Positions 53,341 through 64,000 of a stretch of DNA of 64,000 bases are shown here, one piece after another. A program made the position numbers and the translations under genes. The stretch is taken from positions 198,896,001 through 198,960,000 of the forward strand of contig NC_042998.1 in NCBI RefSeq assembly GCF_006345805.1, written 5' to 3'. The notes beneath the pieces are model-generated. The model was not told the origin of the DNA. It searched no databases and saw only the letters and a list, made by a program, of their open reading frames with translations. Positions within the stretch are counted from its first letter, which is position 1. Each line of letters starts with the position of its first letter. This DNA is from Octopus sinensis (Eukaryota).

Positions 53341-53555
53341 TTTTTCTACTCTAAGCACAAGGTCCGGAATTTTGGGGGAGCGAGCAAATCAATTAGATCG
53401 ACCCCAGTATGCAACTGATACTTAATATATCGACCGCGAAAGGATGAAAGCCAAAGTCGACCTCGGCGGAATTTGAACTCAGAACGTAGCGGCTGACGAA
53501 ATACCGCTAAGCATTTCGCCCGGCGAGCTAACGTTTCTGCCAGCTCGCCGCCTTA
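53341..53555 (-). mobile_element. Family B SINE with alternative tail 2
   Basis: Same head and core, ending ...ccttgtgcttagagtagaaaa. Confidence 0.85.
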
Positions 53556-54174
53556 GACTTACAACGTATTATCACTCACGACATTCATGTAGTAATAATT
53601 CACGAAACATTATTACGAACACTCTTCCAAATTATTATCAAATCAGACTAGAAATAGACTTTATAACGGATGCTGTGTAATAGTATTTAGAAAAGATTCC
53701 ATTTCAGTATCGTAAATATCATAAGTGACGTTCGTAACCTAATAAAGAACCACGATACAATGGACGTGCAGCCTTATAAAACAAAAATAAAGCAAAAAGA
53801 AGCAAGCATATTGAGGTACAACACACACACACACATAGAGGAATTATATGTGTATACATCTACACATACGCATATACATACGTAGCAGTGAATGGTGCAA
53901 GATATATCGATGATATTTTTATTCTTAATTCCGGAGGGTAGCTTTCAATCACTATAGTGCACAAGGTCACTTCCGTTAGGTAGTTGAGTTTGACTTCCGC
54001 CGATTGACAGATATCAGTCTTCCGGTTTTGTTTTGTTTTTGGCAGCGTAGAATTAAGACGTGAGTACGGTTTCCGTTAATTTCTCTGCGACACGTGAGGT
54101 TCCGTTATCGTATGCAAAATAATTGCTTCTATATTTTTGATTTTAGTAATTTGTAAGTATTTAAACTACATATA

Positions 54175-54490
54175 GAAGGGGGCGCTGAAAAGTTCCTGGT
54201 TTTAAGGATATCGCGATATATTCTTGATTTGCGGAAAGAGATACTGCGAGACCTCTGACAACAGGTTGCTGTTCGCTCTCACAGAATCAACCAGAGCACG
54301 TAAGACCTAGAGCTCTGAGAAGTAAAATATAATAATAATAATAATTATTATTATTATTATTATTATTACAATAATAATAATTATTATTATTATTACAACC
54401 ACTACCAACATGAGTATCACCACTAATTCGTCCAAAACCACCACTTACCTCACCTAGAGCTCTGAGAAGTAAAATATAATAATAATAATG

Positions 54491-54576
<86 letters not shown>

Positions 54577-54652
54577 TTATTATTATTATTATTATAATTA
54601 TTATTATCATTATTATTATTACAATAATAATATAATTATTATTATTATTATT

Positions 54653-54696
<44 letters not shown>

Positions 54697-54805
54697 ATAT
54701 AATAATTATTATTATTATTATTATTATTATTATAATAATTATTATTATCATTATTATTATTACAATAATAATAATTATTATTATTATTATTATATAATAA
54801 TAATA

Positions 54806-54851
<46 letters not shown>

Positions 54852-55054
54852 TATAATAATAATAATTATTATTATTATTATTACAACCGCGTGTGTATAT
54901 GTTGCAGGCCCAACCTTCGGAGTTCTTTCACAGTGCTAGGAAAAACTGAAGGACCGCTGCAGTAAGTGTGTGAGTCTGTTCAATAAAACCATAATTAACT
55001 GATCCTCCTGTATTTTCTTTTACCCAAAGCCAAGAACCTTACAGCTCTCCCTCG
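54175..55054. mobile_element. Mariner-like MITE interrupted by a Dong 3' end (54226-54330) and an expanded (TAA/TTA)n
   Basis: TA flanks; imperfect TIRs gaagggggcgctgaaaagttcctgg and ccaagaaccttacagctctccctcg. The insert matches 43100-43205. Confidence 0.65.
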
Positions 55055-55433
55055 TATAATTATTTAATCTATAACACTGGGCAACAATTTTTTTTTTTTT
55101 TTTTTTTTTTTTTGTCTGGTGCCTGGAATATTTCAACGAATTCTTAAGTGATTCTGCCAGGTGAATTCAAAAATAACTTCACTTTTTCTCTATCAGGTCT
55201 AGTGGGAAGTTGTCCACATTTTCGGTAATTTTTATTTCAAAATTGGAAAACCTAACTATCAAGCGAAGGAATACAGCTCGCTCGGCCGTAAATCTTTAAG
55301 AGGAATATTTTTTGAATTATCACCGGCGTTCTTTTGTTTTAACAAAAACATTCTTTGCAGAGAACAGTTATCGTTTAGAGAAACGGAAGAGATGTCTAGT
55401 TCACGCTTTCTTCTAAACTGTTACGTTACACAT

Positions 55434-55464
<31 letters not shown>

Positions 55465-55465
<1 letters not shown>

Positions 55466-55861
55466 CTTTATAAATAAAAGTAAGGTTGTATGCTGTCTGT
55501 CTCCTACGATTTAGATTCCTAACTACTCCTACATTTTGCGGTACAGTTTAACCAAAACCGGGTATCTTATAGTGGTGATTCATATCGAGCCCTTCTGGGT
55601 ATTAACGCGCGTCTACGATGAGTCTACGATTTAAAAAAAAAATTACCATCAATTTTTCCCATTTTTAATGCATTTTTGGCATATATAAGGGAAGTAACTC
55701 TCTAAAAATTTATTATTAAATCTCAGAACGTAAAAAGCTACAGTCACCACCACCCCCTTTGTGGTTAGCCATATTGAGATGGCTATTATACTTTACATCT
55801 CTAAAAATGCTTATATAGTTATTTCCCTTACAAACCTGAGCAACGCCGGGCGATACTGCTA

Positions 55862-55862
<1 letters not shown>
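55465..55862 (+). mobile_element. Non-autonomous Helitron in (TA)n
   Basis: TC...hairpin...CTAG; near-identical to 3762-4159. Confidence 0.88.
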
Positions 55863-55942
<80 letters not shown>

Positions 55943-57479
55943 CAACATCAGCAACTGTCTCACCAGAGTATACACTCTAGTTTCTGCACATTTTCACTGT
56001 CTGTTACTGAGAGAAACTACAACATTTGCTATCTTCACTATTAATACTGATAACAAGAAAAGTGACAATATTATTACAACTAAACTCACTTTATTTCTAA
56101 GACAATTCACACCACGAAATATATAACAAACCTCACCAAGACAACCCATCCTCAAGCATCATCTCACCACAACCACTCGGGCAAACAATTCCCCATCTAT
56201 TTTCAGACCATCAATAAAGATATGTGACATAGTGTTAAGCTGTTTGGCTCGTGATCATACGGTCGTAGATTTAATTACTGAACTGGACGCCGATCTGTGT
56301 TGCTGAACACGGCAGTCTATTCAACTGTAATGAGCATCAGCTGGTTTCTAGTGCAGCTGAACCCCGTCTTTCTCTTTGGTTGTCACTTCTTTGATGTTCC
56401 GTAGAGTCACGATAATGATCCCAAGAGAATGATTATGTCTACATAGCACCTAAAGCAATTAGCAAAAGCATGGTATATGCCAACGAGTCGTCTGCGCACG
56501 TGAGTGGCGACTGGCGTTACTTTCAGACTATATATACCAATTATCACTACAACACACTTGTACATCAATGACCAAAGCAAAGACACTTTTACAAACTTCA
56601 AAAATTACATTGGAACGAATTCCGTTAAGAAAGTATCGAAATTTTCGGAATTCAACACAACCACAATCACCAACATACCAACATTGCTGTATAGACATTC
56701 ACCAAAATAATTATAGATGCGATTAAAACAGGAAAAAAAAAACAGAACTATCACACAAGGCAAAAATATACCACTCCAATTAAATTCCAGAAATAGCCAA
56801 CCTCATCAAAATTAGAGAAACTCTCGAACACAATCTACGGAAACCATACAAAAGAAGAGAAATCAGTATCTAGCAAATAACCAAAAAAAAAAACACTATA
56901 AAAAAAAAACGAAATCTGGTGACCACAAAGTTAACCGTAAAGCAGTATCTAGAGCAATTAGCATCATCAACAATAACGGTCACACGACATTCGTTGTAAC
57001 ATTATCATATCATCATCATAAATGATTCGCCGATATCGGCTGATGAAGATCCATATGCATTACTTTGAGTGACGATCTAAACTGGATCGTTCTCTTCCGC
57101 AGATTTCCGATTTGAACTACTGCGACAACGGTGATCTAGTTGTGGGTATCAATGCTCAGTCTTTTAAACCACATCAGTGGTTTAATTCAGTCGAGTTCTT
57201 TCCTGATTCTTCGAACCACCATTTAACAGTGAGTTGAGTATTTGTTCTGATAACTGATCGTTTCAAATTCTATGTCTATTCCCAAACTAGGGAAGACTTC
57301 GCTGCCCCGATATCTCCCCCATGTTAGAAAGCTTAGTTTTTCTCTAGAACCTTAGGGCTCCTGACTTTACCATTCCAAGTAGTGTACATGTTCTATCTCG
57401 GTTTTCCAATGAATTCATGCACTTTTATTTACTGTCTGCGATATATCTACATTCAGTCTTTATTATAGTTAGATAATAT

Positions 57480-59050
57480 TATTATTCTGTATATTTTGCT
57501 TTTCTCTTGGACTGACAGGAGTTTGTTGTTCCACGGTCACCTCTCAACCTTCAGAAGCTCGCCCACTTTTCCTGCATTCTAGCTCATCACTGATCTTGCC
57601 ATTGTCACAAACTGTACTACATAATATGTCAAGTCGTTTGCCTGTAGCAACTTCTAACCTTCAGTGATGACCCATGACTCGCGTCAGACTTTGGATGATA
57701 AAGAACATCTGTCTTCCGAATATCAATATTCAAGCTGATCTTCGTGGCTGCATTGTGAGCAGCTTTCCCCAGGCACAGCATATCTTCAGCGATTTGGAAA
57801 GCAAGGGCAAAAATTGTCAACAAACAATATTCGTCTTAAGTTTGAGGCGCAACACATAAAATAGTTTGGCTTCAGATCTTGCCTGTGTGTATACATCTTC
57901 AGTTGATTTGTATTGCTCTTCGAATATCAGTGTGAATACTGTTGGCGTTAGCGTGCAAAGCTGCTCGACTCTATTTTAGCGATAAACTCTGCACAGCTGG
58001 TATTCAAATACGTAACCTGATCCCTCATGCCTGTGTGTAGTGATTTAATCAGTCTTTAGTGATTTCTTCTGGACATGAAAACTTCCAAGTACCTGCAATG
58101 GACATCGTATATTTACTGTGTTGAATGCTTACGTGAATACACAGTACCTTTGTATTTTACAACGCATTTCCCTTAGGTATGACAAAAATAGAATACCAAA
58201 TTTATGTTGCTTCCTCCTCTTCCGGATTCAAAATGAGTTTCAAATAGAAATGCGGCAATGATTCTCCTCACTATACCAAGAAGAGAAATTCTTCAATAGC
58301 GTCCGAAGCCATTTGTACCTGCCCTCTTGAATGAGGGAATATTAAGTATCTTTCCAGTCTTGTGGGACGTCATAAGACACCTATGATTTGAGCATAAAAT
58401 GGTGGGAGCATCAAACGAGTTCGTTTCGTCTATTTTTGTGCACAACTACTTGGATTTCATCTACTTCAAGCATGATTTAATCTGAGTGTGATCCAAGTTA
58501 CAAAAAAAACCTACCCTAACCATGACGGATAATCTGTTAGCAAGTAAGTACAATGTGGAGGCACATGACCTAGTGGTTAGAGCAGTGGATTCGCGGTCGA
58601 GGGATCGCGGGTTTGAATCTCAAACCGGGCGATGTGTGTGTTTATGAGCGAAAACACCTAAGCCCCACGCGGCTCCGGCAGAAGGTAATGGCGAACTTCT
58701 GATGACTCTTTCGCCACAACTTTCTATCACTCTTTCATCCTGCATCATGCAGCTCACATGCGACGGACCGGCGTCCCGTCCAGGTGGGGAACCTATACGC
58801 CAAGGAAACCGGGAAACCGGCCCTTATGAGCCAGACATGGCTCGAGAAGGAACAAACAAGTAAGTACGATAAAGTATCATATTTTTCAAGGTTTCCTGCT
58901 CGATATATCCTGGCATGTTAAGCATTCTGAGGAATTGTTCTGCAAATTAGTTGAATATTTGTCCTTATTTCCTGAATCATTCTTGCTCCATCAGCTGAAT
59001 TCCGTTGAGTGGCATTCACAACGTGTCAGAGTTGCTCAATAATCAACATT
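57480..59050 (-). pseudogene. Highly decayed RTE-clade LINE RT
   Basis: AAHNAATKISLNIDIRKTDVLYHP and the downstream YLGS-like region resemble the RTE RT C-terminal half. Confidence 0.55.
58552..58856 (+). mobile_element. Family D SINE
   Basis: TSD caagtaagtac. Confidence 0.9.
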
Positions 59051-59232
59051 TTGACAGTTATCAGTAGTGGTTTGGAATTTAACTGTCCTCCCTAGCGTGC
59101 AGGTAGTCCTATGATGGATACCTCTTATGTGTTTAAATGTACACTGTATTTATATGAATAATATATAGTCTATTGACTAAATTTTTACATGCTAGGCCAC
59201 TGTTAATGGAAATTTCTAATATTTCAGATTAC

Positions 59233-59282
<50 letters not shown>

Positions 59283-59288
59283 GATTAC

Positions 59289-59343
<55 letters not shown>

Positions 59344-59684
59344 TGTTATCTGCATGTTCATTTATCGTCATTTGAACTTCGGTACCTAAGAGCTAAATAA
59401 GATGTCTTTCTTCTTCTAATTGACACGTGTGCTAAGAACTGGAGGCTCTTAATGATGATTTTGTCGCAATAAGATAATGAAATGAAATATTTCTTTAATT
59501 AGTTCGAAAATTAAAACAGTCACATTCCAAACTCCGTTGTAACACAGTATGTGTGTGCTGTGACGTAAGCATCCCTAACGACAGTCTTGACCTTATCCCC
59601 TTTCTTCTTCTTCTTCTTCTTCTTCTTCTTCTTCTTCTTCTTCTTCTTCTTCTTCTTCTTCTTCTTCTTCTTCGTTCTTCTTCA

Positions 59685-59784
59685 NNNNNNNNNNNNNNNN
59701 NNNNNNNNNNNNNNNNNNNNNNNNNNNNNNNNNNNNNNNNNNNNNNNNNNNNNNNNNNNNNNNNNNNNNNNNNNNNNNNNNNNN
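59685..59784. other. Assembly gap (100 N) after (TTC)n
   Basis: Directly visible. Confidence 1.
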
Positions 59785-60017
59785 TACGGAGTCAACAAAA
59801 GCTGTTCAACTGACATTTTTGTTTTCCTAATAGAGAGACATTTGATATATGGCAATTGCCGTCAGGGGAGCTAATCGACAGATGTAAGTCTATCAGGCCA
59901 TATACAAGGTTTCGTTTTATCTCTGCTTTTTTCTAAGTTCAAACTCAGACCGACCGAGTCTGGATTTCATCTCCCCGGATACGACGGTTATAGGGTAAAG
60001 AGTAAAGACCCCCTTTT

Positions 60018-60251
60018 AAGGCGGCGAGCTGGCAGAATCGTTAGCACGCCGGACGGAATGCCTAGCGGTATTTCGTCTGCCGCTACGTTCTGAGTTCAAA
60101 ATCCGCCGAGGTCGACTTTGCCTTTCATCCTTTCGGGGTCGATTAAATAAGTACCAGTTACGCACTGGAGTCGATGTAATCGACTTAATCCGTTTGTCTG
60201 TCCTTGTTTGTCCTCTCTGTGTTTAACCCCTTGTGGGTAGTAAAGAAATAG
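60018..60251 (+). mobile_element. Family B SINE inserted in the tail of an older CORE-like SINE (minus strand, to about 60590)
   Basis: TSD gtaaagaccccctt at 60002-60015 and 60252-60265. Confidence 0.88.
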
Positions 60252-60799
60252 GTAAAGACCCCCTTCAGTAATAAATGACCATGGGATTGCACCCAGAAAG
60301 TTACCCTCCGAGGCACAAGTCCAGGTAAGGTTGTTTATGGAAGACCAGCAATCGCCCATGCATAACATCTCCTGTCTCTACGTCACTGATGTTATCCAAG
60401 GGAAAGGCAAAGGGGCCGATACAGTTTGGCACCAGTGACGTCGCAACTAATTTCTACAGACGAGTGAACTGGAACAACGTAAAATAAAGTGTCTTGCTCA
60501 AGTACACAACGCACAACCTGTTTCGGAAATCGAACTCACTACCTCATGATTGTGAGCCCGACACACTAACCACTCAGCCATGCGCCTTCACCACAACAGT
60601 TATAAGACATCTGTAATATAACACACTACTGTCCGTAGTGTGTTAACTTTGCTGGTACATCGTAAATTTACCAGTACAGCGTAGTTATGACCAAATATGT
60701 TTACATACGCAATAAAAGATATGTTTAACAAAAATGTGTTTAGTTTTACAGTGAAAATAGAACCCGTCGACAGTCGCAAGATAGATATAAGTGAAGATT

Positions 60800-61184
60800 G
60801 TGGGGGCGCAATGGCCCAGTGGTTAGGGCAGCAGACTCGCGGTCATAGGATCGCGGTTTCGATTCCCAGACCGGGCGTTGTGAGTGTTTATTGAGCGAAA
60901 ACACCTAAAGCTCCACGAGGCTCCGGCAGGGGATGGTGGTGATCCCTGCTGTACTCTTTCACCACAACTTTCTCTCACTCTTACTTCCTGTTTCTGTTTT
61001 ACCTGTATTTCAAAGGGGCCGGCCTTGTCACTCTCTGTGTCACGCTGAATATCCCCGAGAACTACGTTAAGGGTACACGTGTCTGTGGAGTGCTCAGCCA
61101 CTTGCACGTTAATTTCACGAGCAGGCTGTTCCGTTGATTCGGATCAACCGGAACCCTCGTCGTCGGAACCGACGGAGTGCTTCC
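60800..61184 (+). mobile_element. Family C SINE
   Basis: A-box tggcccagtgg, B-box gtttcgattcc; TSD ataagtgaagatt. Confidence 0.92.
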
Positions 61185-61669
61185 ATAAGTGAAGATTAAA
61201 TTGTCTAGTTTCGCCTCTTGTTTGATGCTCGTCAGAAGATTTGTCACCTTCTCTCTACTGAACTTTTGACTCTTGCATACAAATTTATTCAGAGCCAACC
61301 TGTGTTGGTATGTTTGTTATTACCAGCTGTCAACATTGTACCATTATGTCATTTCCTTTAGTTTTGCAACACTCTGACTAATAGCTTGAAAATGTCCGCA
61401 GATTGAAGGCGAGTTAGCAATACCAGACGAATATGACATGAAAGAGGAAAATATTCGGTAAATCCTCAGTTTAAACTATCGAAGCTCCCATCACTTATTC
61501 CCGGATTACGTTATTAAAGCGAGACTAAATATTTGTTTAGTCTTTTACTGTTTACTGCCCAGGAATTTTCACACATACCCATGCTAGGCCTGCACCATAT
61601 CCACACTAAATATATACCATATACACAGCACATCAACGCTATATCCATACCACATCCTCTACCAGGTCG

Positions 61670-61800
61670 GTTTAAAAGTTCAGTGTTTTCATCAGGGGTG
61701 GCAGTTGCAGGACGTCCAGATCTCGAGTCATCTTCAAGACTCTCCCTTCCCTTCAAGACCCTCCCTTCAAGTTGTATCTTCTCACCTATCCTGCACCGTC
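61670..61800 (-). pseudogene. Mariner transposase fragment
   Basis: GRESLEDDSRSGRPATA. Confidence 0.65.
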
Positions 61801-62596
61801 TCAACACATACACGCACCTTCTACCTGTGTGAGGCCTACAAAGGAAAGGAAACCGCAAAATTTGCTGTTTTGTGTTCTTTGTAGTTTGCAAATTAGTTAT
61901 GAGAGATTAGGAACCCAAACAAGAATGGTAAAATCCATTGTGGACGATATTTTTTGAAACACTAATGGTTTTGGATCTTAGGCTTCCTCTAATTGGTACC
62001 TAAGTATGTTAGTGGGCTGCTGCACTTTCCTTATTATGTCTTCTAGATACGATGTACCTGTCGCAGGTGTGTTACATATATATATTATAATTTGTAGTAT
62101 TTGTGTGTGTGTCTGTGTGTGTCTGTGTGGTGTGTGTGTATTGTAAACGTTGTGAAGACGTGTGGCTTAGTAGTTAGGGTATTCGGCTCACGATCGTGAG
62201 ATTGTGAGTTCGATTCCTGGTGGTGCATTATTTCCTTGAGCAAGACATTTTGTCATGTTGCTCCAGTCCATTTACCCGGCATTAATGAGTTGTACCTGTA
62301 ATTCCAAAGGTCAGCTCTGTGTCACACTGAATCTCTCTGAGAACGACACGAAGGGAACGCGTGTTTGTGAAGTGCTCAATTACTTGCACACTAATCTCAC
62401 GAACAGGCTGTTCTGTTGATCGGATCAACTGGGACCCATGAGGGCCAGACATCAGCTCTCATTGTAGTTTTATATTGCTGAGTGGGACGGTTTCTGGTTA
62501 TTGATGCTATTTTGTGTTTCTGTAATGAAGTAAGATGGTAGATTTGATATGTACAGCTTTCTTTGAGTCTATGCTAACAAATTTAATGTACTGAAC

Positions 62597-62866
62597 AGAA
62601 AACAATTGCAGCGTGGAAGGTGTTTGTAAGCCATTTAAGAAACACACAAAAACCGTGAGATTCACTTCAACATTTAAATTTAATTTGTCAAAATATTTTC
62701 ATCGCTTTGAGACCGCGACCTGTTCGACCTGTTCACTGAGAGGTCGCGGTCTGAAAGTGATGAAAATATTTTGACAAATTAAATTTAAATGTTGAAGTGA
62801 AGCTCACAGTTTTTGTGTGTTTCTTAAATAGCTTACAAACACCTTCCACGCTGCAATTGTTTTCGT
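62597..62866. repeat. Inverted repeat with arms of about 125 bp
   Basis: gaaaacaattgcagcgtggaagg...gaccgcgacct and aggtcgcggtc...ccttccacgctgcaattgttttc. Confidence 0.9.
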
Positions 62867-63169
62867 TCCAGCACACGATCTCTGATGAGGTCGCTTGCTA
62901 TGTAAATACATCTCCGTAATACAGAAAAAGTTATTTAAGTAAAAATTACTTTTGCAATGCGAAGTGCAATACTTTTGCAATGTTCATCAAATCGGTTGAC
63001 ACAAAATGATGAGAGCTCCAAATTCTTTAATTAATTACTATCAGAAATACACTACCAGTGGAAAAATGAACACATTTACCTATTATTTGTCCTCCCCGAC
63101 AAAGCTTTATTTGCCCGCTGTCTTCTAGCCCACAACAGTGTATCGCTATTACACTGAGATATGATGGAT

Positions 63170-63553
63170 GGAAGCACTCCGTCGGTTACGACGACGAGGG
63201 TTCCGGTTGATCCGAATCAACGGAACAGCCTGCTCGTGAAATTAACGTGTAAGTGGCTGAGCATTCCACAGACACGTGTACCCTTAACGTAGTTCTCGGG
63301 GATATTCAGCGTGATACAGAGAGTGACAAGGCCGGCCCTTTGAAATACAGGTACAATAGAAACAGGAAGTAAGAGTGAGAGAAAGTTGCGGTGAAAGAGT
63401 ACAGCAGGGATCACCACCATCCCCAGCCGGAGCCTCGTGGAGCTTTAGGTGTTTTCGCTCAATAAACACTCACAACGCCCGGTCTGGGAATCGAAACCGC
63501 GATCCTATGACCGCGAGTCTGCTGCCCTAACCACTGGGCCATTGCGCCTCCAC
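63170..63553 (-). mobile_element. Family C SINE
   Basis: TSD acactgagatat. Confidence 0.92.
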
Positions 63554-64000
63554 ACACTGAGATATATTACATTGCAATCTATCCCACTCCAGTACATAGT
63601 CATACAAACTGCAGCATTGTATGAGACACCGTGAAATGTCACACAATAATATAGCGCTATACAATATCACACTTTACGGTATTACACGCGGCAATTTATA
63701 ACACTGCAATATCACCTACGACGATATAATACACCCCGATTTGTCACCCTGAAAACTGTTGGAATGCTATTACTACAGCAAAACAAAAGATATATATTTC
63801 AAGATAGCGCTGGTAGACGTTCAGTTTTGTTTTCTTCTTCGAGGAATACAAAATATACAAAAGGAAACAAACAAACGAATAAATAACAAGACTCAAACAT
63901 TGAATACGATGCACTTTTATGTCTTTTTATTATATTTACTTCTTTTTGAATAATTGAGAAGTAAATGAAGCAACAATTATTACGGCCCATAGCACTGAAA

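Noticed and set aside
57030-57095. ctgatgaagatcc...gatc as a hammerhead
   Set aside because: No GAAA follows the stem and there is no consistent stem I or III.

Overview
This is AT-rich, repeat-saturated animal genomic DNA with one 100-N gap. The SINE families recall octopus (coleoid cephalopod) repeats, but that is from memory and was not searched. I found no credible host protein-coding gene: nearly all ORF-track entries are microsatellite or SINE read-throughs or decayed transposon frames. The window holds at least four tRNA-derived SINE families (one forming single-head, multi-body arrays), relics of Tx1/L1-like, R4/Dong, CR1 and RTE LINEs, Penelope-like elements, four Helitrons, and Tc1/mariner, Chapaev3-like and hAT relics. 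The most striking observation is in three diverged microsatellite-flanked elements (16643-16740 minus, 17275-17376 minus, 22926-23018 plus). Each contains all three hammerhead-ribozyme core strands with co-varying stems I and III, but in a strand order that is none of types I, II or III. Two also carry a consensus kink-turn. This is a candidate new pseudoknotted hammerhead topology, inferred by eye and untested.
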